From positions 42,656,001-42,720,000 of the forward strand of contig OX597837.1 in assembly GCA_951406725.2 (NCBI GenBank): a stretch of 64,000 nt of DNA, written 5' to 3'. The position numbers and the translations under genes are program-made. The notes beneath the pieces are model-generated. The model did no database searches and had not been told where the DNA came from. It saw only the letters and a program-made list of their open reading frames with translations. This DNA comes from Octopus vulgaris. Lineage: Eukaryota. Positions 11,960 to 24,752 of the stretch are shown here, piece after piece. The first letter of the stretch is position 1; every line of letters begins with the position of its first letter.

Positions 11960-12615
11960 TATATGATCGAATGCCACGCATCCTTTTCCAAGTAAGTTTT
12001 ATCTTAATAATTACGATGCGCACCCTTCTATCTCTTCTCTGCCTTTCTCTCTCCCTCTCTTGTTTATCATCCTTTCTGGTTTTCTCTCCCACCCTGCCCT
12101 ATTCTTCTCCTCTCCTCTTCACCGTTCCCTCTCTCTCACTCCTCCTCCTCGACTCTCTCGTTGCTGACACATAACAAGAGAGAATCTATATTTCTGCTCA
12201 TTACCTTCCTAAAGACAACACGTGCTTATACTGTCTCCTCTCATAAGCTCGCCTTCCTAGTGTTCGTAATTATTTTCCTATCGTCTTGGCTTAACAGCCC
12301 TCACCGTTTGTTTTCACTGTTTTGTTCTCACTCTCCTGTTCTTGTTACCACTTCACCCTCCGCAAAAAATCCCATATTTTATTTAATTTGCTTTGCAGGA
12401 AGGACTGTTTCAATGAAATTGCGTATTGTCCTTGCCTTCGGTATGCGGAGTAGATAAAACAGGGACAACTGAAGAAGGGGAATATTCTTTATGTAGTGTG
12501 TCTCGTTTCTCTGTTTTTTTTTTTTTGTTCGAAAAAAATAGTTCGTTTCTATGTTTTTGTTTTTATGGTTACGTTTCTCATTGTGTTCAACACTTTTTTT
12601 ATGTCCTGTACCCAT
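11960..12615 (+). mobile_element. Non-coding Penelope-like element in (TA)n, carrying a permuted hammerhead fold
   Basis: Start TTATATGATCGAATGCCACGCATCCTTTTCCAAGTAAGTTTTATC recurs at 48622-48667 and, diverged, at 24493-24524. Pyrimidine-rich body, HHR motifs at 12415-12480. Confidence 0.55.
12408..12482 (+). ncRNA. Circularly permuted (type II-like) hammerhead fold
   Basis: GAAA-UUGCG-UA-UUGUCCUUG..25-nt loop..CAGGGACAA-CUGAAGA-AGGGG. Stem I is 9 bp (one G-U); stem II is imperfect. Confidence 0.55.
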
Positions 12616-12766
12616 AAATGCATGTATATATACATATATATATAGGTATGTACATATATGTATGTATATATGCATATATTTATATATTATTTATACTATC
12701 TATCTATCAATATATATATATTTATATATATGTATGTAAGTATATGTGTATATGTATGCGTATATA

Positions 12767-12815
<49 letters not shown>

Positions 12816-13502
12816 GTGTGTGTATGTATATGTATGTATATGTATATATATATATATGCATGTATATACATATGTATGTGTGTGTCTGTGTGTATGTATA
12901 TGTATGAAATCAATATTTTACCAGAAGATATATCACTATTTTTATCCAAAAATTATCACTGTTGCATCCGTAGAGGCTAGGTCTTCAAATTCGCCAATGC
13001 TTATGATACGTTCCTGCTGAGATATAGAGTCATGTACAGGGAACACGGGATTTTGTTTTTCTTGCATTTTTTGTCTTTTTTCTTTTTCTTACATCAGAGC
13101 TGGATCATATACAAGATATATGAGTGAGATATCAAACGACAAGAGTCAACCAGTACATACCCATGCAAACTACAGCAGCTATCTACCGGATGTAATGAAA
13201 TGAGGATCCATCAGGTAAACCAATCACAAGCATACAACACGTGCCCTCACGCAACGGTGAACATCAATAATAATTATGTTAGCATTTCCCCCAAAAACTT
13301 CATTGTTATGCCATCCAATGAATGCCGCTTTCGTTAAAACACGAAGTGATGCCTTTGCAAGAATATGTTTCTACACAAACATGCATATATATATATACAC
13401 ACACACACACATAGATATAAACTTGTGCATGTTTACATCTATGAACATATATCTATAAACACACACATACCTGTGTGTATGTGTGTGCGTGTATATATAT
13501 AT

Positions 13503-13555
<53 letters not shown>

Positions 13556-13559
13556 CATA

Positions 13560-13603
<44 letters not shown>

Positions 13604-13615
13604 CATATATATATA

Positions 13616-13657
<42 letters not shown>

Positions 13658-14126
13658 TGTATATATATATATATGTATGTATGTATATATATACATATAT
13701 ATGTGTATATATATGTATATATATATATGTGTTTGTATATATATATGTGTGTATGTATATATATACATACATACATACATACACACACGTACATGATTGA
13801 ATCTATATCGATTTTGATGCATGAGCATCCCATTGTACAAACTAAACAACCTATTTACTGAAAAAGCATATAAAATGGCTGTATATTCCTCAGATGAATG
13901 AACCACTTAATGTAATTTTCAAGTAGAATCATAGTGAGAGAGTGTGACATGGTTAGACCTTTAAATTAAGGTACAGTCCACCTAGTGGGGCTTGTAGAGC
14001 TCCCATCTACTTAAATTCACTCGGGGCTTCGGTTAATCTGAGGCTATGGGAAAGGTAACTGACCTTGATATGACAATATGATCACTACCCAACTATTATA
14101 TACATATATATACATATATATACATA

Positions 14127-14497
14127 GGCGCAGGAGTGGCTGTGTGGTAAGTAGCTTGCTAACCAACCACATGGTTCCGGGTTCAGTCTTGGGCAAGTGT
14201 CTTCTGCTATAGCCCCGGGCCGACCAATGCCTTGTGAGTGGATTTGGTAGACGGAAACTGAAAGAAGCCTGTCGTATATATGTATATATATATATGTATA
14301 TGTGTGTCTGTGCTTGTCCCCCTAGCATTGCTTGACAACCGATGCTGGTGTGTTTACGTCCCCGTCACTTAGCGGTTCGGCAAAACAGACCGATAGAATA
14401 AGTACTGGGCTTACAAAAGAATAGGTCCCGGGGTCGAGTTGCTCGATTAAAGGTGGTGCTCCAGCATGGCCGCAGTCAAATGACTGAAACAAGTAAA
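14127..14497 (+). mobile_element. SINE family A, young copy
   Basis: GGCGCAGGAGTGGCTGTGTGGTAAGTAGC..CCAGCATGGCCGCAGTCAAATGACTGAAACAAGTAAAA, CpG-rich. Confidence 0.92.
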
Positions 14498-15148
14498 ATA
14501 AAAATAAAAAAATAAAAATAAATATACACAAACACATGCATATACATATATACACACACACAAAATATTAACCCAAGTGTGTATTGTGTATATGTATATA
14601 ATAATTATCTTTTAATGTCCATCTTCCATGCTGGCATGGGTTAGGCTATATGTGTGAATATACATACATATACACATTACACACAAACACACACACACAC
14701 ACATATATACATACATATTCATGTATACAACATACACATTCATATATACGCATACATATATATTCATGTATGTAACATATATGTTTCTAAATTACCCACA
14801 AGGGGTTAAACATAGAGGGGACAAACAACGACAGACAAACGAATTAAGTTGATTACGTTGACTCCAGTGCATAACTGGTACTTAATTTATCGACCCCAAA
14901 AGGATGAAAGGCAAAGTCGACCTTGGTGGAATTTGAACTCAGAGTGTAACAGCAGACAAAATACAGCTACGCATTTCGCCCAGCGTGCTAACGGTTCACA
15001 ACATACACATTCATATATATGCATACATATTCATGTATATAACGTATACACATTCATATATACACATACATATATATACACATACATATATATATACACA
15101 CACATATATATACATACACACACACATGCGCACGTGTGTCTGTATGTC

Positions 15149-15192
<44 letters not shown>

Positions 15193-15250
15193 TGTTTTGT
15201 ACACCATCTGTCTTCGTCTTTTGTTTTTTTCGTAAAATCTCCCTAGATAT

Positions 15251-15300
<50 letters not shown>

Positions 15301-16743
15301 TGTGTTTGGATATAAATAAAACATTTGTGTAATTGATACAAGCTTTGAAAATAATCTGTTTCCAATTCGACAAACAATAACACACTTCATTAAACAATCC
15401 AGCTGTTGTTAGCATTTTCTGGTCCTAACGAAATTATAATTAGTTTTTACTAATTATTTTTTTCTTCCTGAATGGCAATGAGACTTTACAATAACCTAGA
15501 TAAAATAAAAATAAAAGGGGTGCCCTCTAAAAAAAAAAAAATTTCACAAACTATCTTTTATTGTATTCATGTCCTTTCATTACTGTAATATCTTTGTCAT
15601 ATATATATATCACACATATATTGTATTTTATCTTTGATTAAGGACCTGAACTTCACTATATAGTAACACAAGTTGACTTATCAGTAAAGGTGTTATAAAG
15701 GCTACGCTTTTATTACTAAATTACTGGTGCATTAAAACTTTTTATTTCAAAGCTATAATGTACTGAAGAATATATATATATATACATAGATAGATAGATA
15801 GATAGATTGATTCTTGGTGCAAATGTGGCTGTGCGATTAATAATCTTGCTTCCCAATCATGTAGTACTGGGTTCAATCCCACTGTACAGTAACTTGGATA
15901 AGCTTCTTGTACTATAACTTAGGGTTGTCAAAGTCCTTATAGTAGATTTCAAAGATAAAACTTGAAAGAAGTCTGCAACGTGTATATACATAAATATATA
16001 TAATAATAATTTGAGGGAATATTATTCCAAACTTACAGGGAAAAAATCAATTTAGAAATCATCATCCTCATTTAACGTCCGCTTTCCATGCTAGCATGGG
16101 TTGGACGGTTCAAATGGGGTCTGGGGAGCCCGAAGGCTGCACCAGGCCAGTCAGATCTGGCAGTGTTTCTACAGCTGGATGCCCTTCCTAACGCCAACCA
16201 CTCCGAGAGTGTAGTGGGTGATTTTATGTGCCACCGACACAGGTGCCAGACGAGGCTGGCGATACTAAATGAAATTTCACAAAATATAATATATATATAT
16301 AAATTAGAAAAAACCACCTTTTATCAATTCAAAATGATGGTGTAATTTAATTTTTCATTTTGAATTGATAAAAGGTGTTTTTTTTCTAATTTATATATAA
16401 ATATAAATATATATATATGTGTGTGTGTGTACACATGACGGATGGTTGATGGGCTGGGTGTAGTGCTGATGAAAGAGGAATGACTCTTGAAATATGCATA
16501 TACACCCATTACCTATTCGTTTTCAGTCTTCGAATGCATTTGTTCAGAAAGAAGTATTCATATACGAATTGTTGCAACTTGAGTGCTGGCTTTGAATTCT
16601 ATAGAATATCTGTTGAGATAAACTTAAAAGTGATACATAAACATATATATATATATATACAAACACATATATGTATCTACATGTATATATATATAGAGAG
16701 AGAGAAAGAGAGAGAGAGATACACATACACACACATGCACACG

Positions 16744-16782
<39 letters not shown>

Positions 16783-16943
16783 TCCAAGAAAGTTAGAGGT
16801 TGTGAATCCAACCAACTAAGGGATAATATCTATCCAATATACTACTGGTAGAATACCCAATTATTAATACACAAGTGTTTTTTATTGCATTGCAATGAAC
16901 CACCTACTGATCTCCTCCATTTTCTTATTGTCTTATATATATA

Positions 16944-17145
16944 TAAAGTTAATCCAAACAAGAAAGCACAAAAAAACACAACAATGCAAGGACGTGGAAA
17001 AAATATAGTATTATTGGATGCTCAGGAAAGAAGGAGGGTTTAACGTTTCGAGCGGAGCTCTTCATCGGAAACATAGGAGAAGGAAAGATTCAGAGAAGGG
17101 AAGACAGAGGAAAAAAAATCGCCAACGGTACACACAAAGACACAT
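16944..17145 (-). mobile_element. ~200-bp HHR-bearing element (family H1) inserted in (TA)n
   Basis: Homologous to 53711-53920, with microsatellite on both sides. Confidence 0.8.
17038..17072 (-). ncRNA. Minimal hammerhead variant (CCGAUGA core)
   Basis: GUUU-CCGAUGA-A-GAGC-UCC-GCUC-GAAA-CG-UU-AAAC. Confidence 0.7.
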
Positions 17146-18137
17146 TGTATATACATACATATATACATACATATATGCATACATATATACATACATATAT
17201 GCATACATATATGCATACATATATGCATACATATATGCATACATATATGCATACATATATATATATATACATACATTTATACATGGCTGCAGTCCAATGA
17301 CTGAAACAAGTAAAAGGTGTAATTGTCATAACACAGCATGATGTTATAATTCTTCTTTTTTAATTTTTTTAAAAATTAACCCCAAACTACTACAGTATCA
17401 ACCCCCAAAACACATGCAGCTGTACTATTATATTTCATGGAATGAAACCGAAAGCAAACAATAACCAGCTTGAAAATTAACCAAGTTCAATTCTATAGCA
17501 GATTATTGAACAAACAATATGAAGAGATATGATGTAGTAACAATAATCAGTAAGCGAACATCTAGAACTAATAATCAATACAATATGTCTTATAGCATAT
17601 TGAGAATGAACAGGGCAGGAAGAAAAGAAAAAAAAAACAAACCAAATTCACATTTTACTGAAAAATTAGAGACATATTGTAAAAATACGTTTGAAAAAAA
17701 AAATTAGAAAAGTAAAACAAAAAACGTAAAAATTTGTTTGACAAGATAAGGTAGGTAGGTTATGGAGATAAAAAAACTAAATAATTCACCAGAAACATGT
17801 TTTGTATACTTTGGTTCTCACCCTACCTCGACAGCTTTGTGGAATTTTTTCCATGATATTTCTAGATTTAGATGAAGGTAATTTCTATGGCTCAAGGTAA
17901 AAAAAAAAAAAAAAAGCAATTTAAGGAACACGAAAATAAAAATAAATATAATTTTAAGTGAAAGAAAATTTAGAAAAACAGTTCTGTTCAATGACTAATG
18001 TCTGTGACAGTTTCTGATTAAAGAAAAAACTAAAATGAGATAAACAGACAAATCTCTCTCTATCTCTCATATATATATATATATATGTATGTATATATAT
18101 GTATATATATATGTATGTATATATGTGTGTGTGTGTG

Positions 18138-18168
<31 letters not shown>

Positions 18169-18247
18169 GCGTGTGTGTGTATATATATATGTGTTTGTGT
18201 ATATATAAATGTGTATATATATATATGTGTGTGTGTGTATTTATATA

Positions 18248-18437
<190 letters not shown>

Positions 18438-18767
18438 GCGTGTGAGTGTAATGTATGTTTATGTTTGTGCATATATTTCACTGGTTTCAGTCATTGAACT
18501 GCAGCCATGCTAGAGAACCATTCAAGAACACAGTCATTTATATCAACCTTTGTACTGATTCTATTGATCTCAATTTACCCAACTTTCAGACTACAGGATA
18601 CAAGACAAACAAGTCAGGTCTCTCTATTAATTCATATTAATAAACACACATGAATTCAGTTTTATTATTGTCTTCATGCAACATGGCTAGATGCTATGAG
18701 TCTTGATTCTCAATGTCTCTTTGTAATGCTATGTTCTTTTATTCTGAATTACAGCAACCACTAAATT

Positions 18768-18818
<51 letters not shown>

Positions 18819-19047
18819 TTGTGCATCATTATTGTTTAACATCTGTTTTCATGCCAGCATGAGTTTCACAGGAGCTAGTGAGCCATTGGACTGCACCAAA
18901 CTCCAATGCCTGATTTGGCACGATTTCTATGGTTTGATGCACTTCCTAATGCCAAACGCTTTACAGAGTGCACTGGGTGCTTTTTATGAGGCACTAGCAT
19001 CAGGTCACCAAGTAACTTGCGAGACAAAACCCTTCAACTGTGGTGGG

Positions 19048-19106
<59 letters not shown>

Positions 19107-19289
19107 AGAGAGGTGACTTTATGCCAGGTGATGAGAGGTTAAAGTATGACAAGGGGACAGGAATAAGTGTTTTGAAGAAAGGGAGATATATGGTTATCCC
19201 AGTTGGAAAAGAAGGTGTGTGTGTGCATGTGTGTATACATACATACATACACACAAACACACACACACACACATATATATATATATGTG

Positions 19290-19328
<39 letters not shown>

Positions 19329-19463
19329 TTAAATAATTTTTTAATTTTTAACTTTTATATTTTTAAATTAATTTTATGTATTGGCTTATGTTTTTCACTG
19401 TTTCATTTGCCTAATAGTGGTTTATCTCTAATTTAATATAATATATATATATACATATATATA

Positions 19464-19670
19464 TAGGGAGAGTTTACGAAAAAAACAACAAAAGACGAAG
19501 ACAGGTGGTGTACAAAACAAACAGATGTATTAGTATGATGCTCAGGAATAGAAAAAGTATTTTATGTTTCAAACCTACGCTCTCCTACAGAAAGGGACAC
19601 AGAAAAAATAAGGAGAGAAACAAGGAAAGAAAAAAATGTGTGTAGTGGCTAACGATCTATCATGGCGACT
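19464..19670 (-). mobile_element. ~200-bp HHR-bearing element (family H2), diverged copy
   Basis: Homologous to 28281-28466, with a partial opposite-strand copy at 15189-15246; starts in (TA)n. Confidence 0.75.
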
Positions 19671-20457
19671 GGGAATTTGCAATGATTTCATCTAGCAAAT
19701 TCTGCACACGAAAGTATTGGTCAAAGAGCAGCGGTTGAGATTGAACCCAAAACAACATGACTGTAAAATAAGCTTAACCACACAGCCATGCCTGCATCTA
19801 GAAGAGACAGACAAACAAAGAGTGAGAGAGAGAGAAAGAAAGTGGGGGACAGAAAGCAACAGTTCAGTGGCTCAGAAATGAAATGAAGACTTATCTCTGA
19901 TGAAGCAGACAGGCAGAAAGGAAAGATTTCATTTTATTGTCTTTTTTATTTTTAATGTTCAGTTAATATAAAATAACAGTAAAGTTATGTTTATGTGTGA
20001 AAGGGTCACTCCATCAATGGAACTTTAACTGTTCAAGGTTAACAAGGTTATTGTGGTCACATTGGTTTGTGTTAGCTTTTAGCATCCTCACCAGTCTGTC
20101 AGCAGAGAAAAACAAACTTACGCATTTAGAATTAGAATATTTATAATGCGAGCAGATATAGAAATTAGCTGAAAATTGATACCTTTTAAAGGTATCAATT
20201 TATAAGCTCACTTATAAGTTCACGTGACCCCCTTTTTTTTTTTTTGTCTTAATGGCTTGGTGTGGAAGAAGCTATGCCCCTGGCATTTACAAATCCTACT
20301 TGCCCAGAGAGATCCATATGGCTAATGTTTCGCATGATCAACTGTGAGGTGATGGAATGGACACAGGGAAAACATGAGCAGATATGAGACATTTCAGCAT
20401 AGCTGTCCTGGTGCCAATTATCTGGCATCACTGAATGGACACTGACATTAGATGTTT

Positions 20458-20912
20458 TAGTTAGTTAGTTAGTTAGTTAGTTAATTTGGCTCAAAAGCAA
20501 ATAGCAAGGCCATGTAGGGGGACATGGAGTTAAGTACAGGGTGGTGTTCATGTAAAGAGTTCAGGCCACTTGAGGTCCAGGGAGACTTTGAACAAAGCGG
20601 TCGTCGGCATCTTCAGCATCTCGTCTGGCAGCTTGTTCCACGGATCCGCAACCCGGACGGAGAAAGCTCCTCTCCTTCGATTGAGATGAAATCATCGCAG
20701 GTAGAGCTTTTCGGAATGACCCCGCAGCTGACGCTCTGGAGCAGGAGTGAAGAACAGCTCTTTCGAGAGGTTACACTTTCCGCTTATGATGTTGTGGGCA
20801 AGAATGAGATCACCACGGCAGCGGCGTTTTTCAAGAGAATAAAGGTCGAGCGTCCTCAGCCTTTCTTCGTAGGACAAATTTTTGAGACCATGAACCATGC
20901 GGGTTTTTGTGT
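20458..20912 (-). mobile_element. 5'-truncated CR1-clade LINE with (AACT)n tail
   Basis: TRMVHGLKNLSYEERLRTLDLYSLEKRRCRGDLILAHNII..; tail TTAGTTAGTTAG at 20457-20483. Confidence 0.92.
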
Positions 20913-23434
20913 TCAAACTGACCAGATCAGGCCTCTCACAACTACCCTACAATGTCATTCTAAAAGTAAAGATTCACATCATTGAAAGGTGGTGAGCTGG
21001 CAGGACTGTTAGCACACTGGGCAAAATACTTAGTGTCATTTTGTCCATTCTCACATTCTGAGTTCAAATTCTGCCATGGTCAACTTTGCTTTTCATCCTT
21101 TCAGGGTTGATAAAAATAAGTGCCAGTTGAGCACAGGGGTCAATATAATTGACTTACCTCCTCCCACAAAATTACTGACTTCGTACCAAAATCTGAAACC
21201 AATAAATTGTAATGTCTCTCTCTCTATTTATTTATTGCCCACAAGGGGCTAAACATAGAGGGGACAAACAAGGATAGACAAAGGGATTAAGTCGATTACA
21301 TCGACTCCAGTGCTTAACTGGTACTTAATTTATCGACCCCGAAAGAATGAAAGGCAAAGTTGACCTCGACGGAATTTGAACTCAGAACCTAACGGCAGAC
21401 AAAATACCGCTAAGCATTTCACCCGGATTGCTAACGTTTCTGCCAGCTTGCCGCCTGTATGTGTATATGCATGCATGTTTACCTTCACTGCCATAAAGTA
21501 CTGTCACCAAAATAGACAATGTCCAGTCAACTGTGCCAAATTGTTTGCATCAAAACAACTGTGCCAAATCATTTCCTCCCAACATGAACATGGAGAAAAT
21601 TTCAGAGAGAATATGTTCCAGGGAGAAAGGGGAGAGAAAATCGTTAGTGTTGAGTCTGAGGACTTAGTTAGACACAATACAGGTAATGTAAAGAGATAAG
21701 TGAACCAGGTGAGCTTTATTGAAGGTTGTACATGATCGGCCATTTTCAATGAGCATAGGCTACTGTAGTAGCAGTGAAAGCAGCAGAATGAGAAGACAGT
21801 GTATCTATAGACAGGAGTTAGAGCATATTCTGCCAGAAATAGCAGCCAAGTCCCACTATCTTCAAAAAGAAGAAATATGTTAAATAATGTAGTCTATGTA
21901 AAATATGTCAGAACCAAAAAAGAAAATAAATAAATAAAGATTATGGTAAAGTTACCCCCAGCTGGAACCTTTCTGATGATCATGGCTAACCTGGGGTTAA
22001 AATGACAACTGAATCAATGAAAAATGAATGTTAGTATTATTGCTGCCATTGTGTCCAGTTCACTGTGACACAAGATCTAACATTGTGCTTCGGGATAACT
22101 TCTTTCATTTAGTTAAAGTGAAACTGATATCGACAGCTATTCCAATTGCTTGCTTTTTTTCTTCTTTTTTTTCTCTTCTTTATAGATGATGAGGAAGAAG
22201 GGAACGACTGCATAAGATGAAACAGAAAATTCTACTTTTAAAAGTAAAGTGTTGCAACAACCACATTATGGGACAATATTTATACACACACACCATGCTG
22301 AAAATTAAAATTTTGAAGTAGCTTGAAGGGAAAATTGCAAAAACTCCAATAGCATAACAATTTTAAAATCAGGTGCCTAAAAGGGCTGCTGTTTACTACC
22401 CACAAGGGGCTAAACACAGAGGGGACAAACAAGGACAGACAAACGGATGAAGTCGATTACATCGACCCCAGTGCGTAACTGGTACTTTATTTAGATGTAG
22501 ATAGGCAAGTACGTACACATTTGTATGCCTATCTCCATATAGCACTTGCACACACATGCATGCAAATATAGTGAGAGAAAGGAATGGTAAAATAAATGAA
22601 GAAATGTCTACAGGAATGGTTTAATGTATTATGAGTTGAGTGATGTACTAACAGAAAATTCAACTGAATAGAGGTAGTTAAGATGTGTAAAGCATTTCCA
22701 GTAAGTACCTCATAACCTCAGTAGGCTGGGTGGATGGAAAATGGGTTTGTGGAGTAGCAAAGGTATAGATGGAGTAATGTCGTCATAGATTGGTGATGTC
22801 ATTGCTTTATCTATAACACTAGCGGAGTGTAGGGTTGCAGCATGAAACCTCTGATTCTCAACCTTGAGGATGAGCGCCCTCATTATTATCATCAAGCTCA
22901 AATTACAATGGTTAATTTTTAAAAATGAGCTTTTAAGAGAAGACAAAGTAGAAATAGGAAATATAATGAAACAAGGAAAGTATTTCCATTAACGGAGAAC
23001 TTTTGAAAAGAATAATATATAAGTAAAAAATACACCATAAGAAGCAATGAGAAAAAAACTGCTATAACAATAATGATATTTGTTTCTAAGTTAGGTACAA
23101 GGCCAGCAATTTGAGAAGGCCAGTCAATTATGCTGACCCCTATACTTGAGTGGTACTTTATTTCATTGACCCGGAGAAGATGAAAGGCAAAGTTGACCTC
23201 AGTATGATTTGAATTCACACAATAGAGGAAATGTTGTTAACTCTGTAGCCTTCAAAACAATGATACCTGTTGCTTTTTTCTGTTTACTCAAGATGACCTC
23301 AAACAATTCTTTGCTGGGTTGAAATATTATCCACATCCTAAGAAAGGTCATTTGACTAATTTATTTAAAATCACTTCCAGACACACTCATTGGCCAAAAG
23401 GCATGCTGTCTCCACACTGCCTCTTCTTCTTCTT

Positions 23435-23507
<73 letters not shown>

Positions 23508-23514
23508 CACCACC

Positions 23515-23800
23515 ATGAATGACCTTTGCTTCCTGGAACTGGTTGGTCTCATACCACTTCCACTCAAGCATTTCCAACCCATTTGTCTCCCCATCTCTTA
23601 TCACCCACGATGTGTTCGCCCCCAACAAAACTCAGGCTCAGTATTAATTAATCCCTATACCCAGTTCTTCCACAGAACATTAAACACTCTGCAAATTCTT
23701 CCCTGTAGGCAGTGACCTCACAAATATTTAGGTGCAAAATTAATGTCACCGATTTCACTGGTCTTGGATGTCCATCAAAGACACAGGGTATAACGCATTG
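23515..23800 (+). pseudogene. Decayed CR1/L2-like LINE RT C-terminal tail
   Basis: DLCFLELVGLIPLPLKH..PYTQFFHRT.. is similar to the minus-strand copy at ~55560-55826 (SLYIFYCFYNGHCFLELARFMLLSLRHS). Confidence 0.55.
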
Positions 23801-23830
23801 ACCTTTTCTCAAGACATAACAAATTGGAAA

Positions 23831-23941
23831 ATTACATTACATTGAAGACACCAGTTCTCCTCCAATCATCAAAGTCAAGCAATGCCAAGCCTAGTTAGTA
23901 CTTAGATGAGTGACCACTTGGGAAACTTCGATGCTGTGAGC
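23831..23941 (+). pseudogene. Degenerate 5S rRNA copy
   Basis: ATTGAAGACACCAGTTCTCCTCCAATCATCAAAGTCAAGCAATGCCAAGCCTAGTTAGTACTTAGATGAGTGACCACTTGGGAAACTTCGATGCTGTGAGC is collinear with metazoan 5S (box A AGTTAAGC, box C TGGATGGGTGACC). Many of the differences look like CpG decay. Confidence 0.88.
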
Positions 23942-24429
23942 AAATCCTTTAGTTTTAACAGTTTAGCATTCAGATTATTCTGTCATATGTAATGCTTATA
24001 TTCATTTATTCTTTTACTTTTTTTCAGTCATTTGACTGCAGACATGCTGGAGCACCACCTTAAAAGGTTTTAGTCAAAGAAATCAACCCCAGGACTTATT
24101 CTTTGTAAGCCTAGTACTTATTCAATCTGTCTCTTTTGCCAAACTACTAAGTTATGGGAACATAAACGCACCAACATCGGCTGTCAAACGATGGCCAGGG
24201 TATAAACACAGACACACACACACATATATATATGAGAGTAAAGATGCATATATGGGTAAAGGACGTCACCAACGGTGCAAATAACATAAAATACATAAAC
24301 AAACGAGGGGAAAAAGCGAATGAAATACATGAACAATAAGAAAAAAATGGAAAACAGGACAAGTTAACACAGAGAAAGGACCATTCATCAGTTGTCGGCT
24401 GTCTCACCCTCTCCCTCTCTCTCTCTCTC

Positions 24430-24482
<53 letters not shown>

Positions 24483-24522
24483 GCATATATTATTTAATTG
24501 AATGCGATGCATCCATTTTCAA

Positions 24523-24668
<146 letters not shown>

Positions 24669-24709
24669 AAGGTTTGGAGAGATGTACTTTGGAGATGATA
24701 TTTCTTCTA

Positions 24710-24752
<43 letters not shown>

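Noticed and set aside
19895-19930. CTGATGA..GAAA hammerhead-like match
   Set aside because: There is no UH cleavage site with a matching stem III and stem I.
20524-20985. 153-aa plus-strand ORF
   Set aside because: It is the antisense frame of the CR1 LINE fragment.
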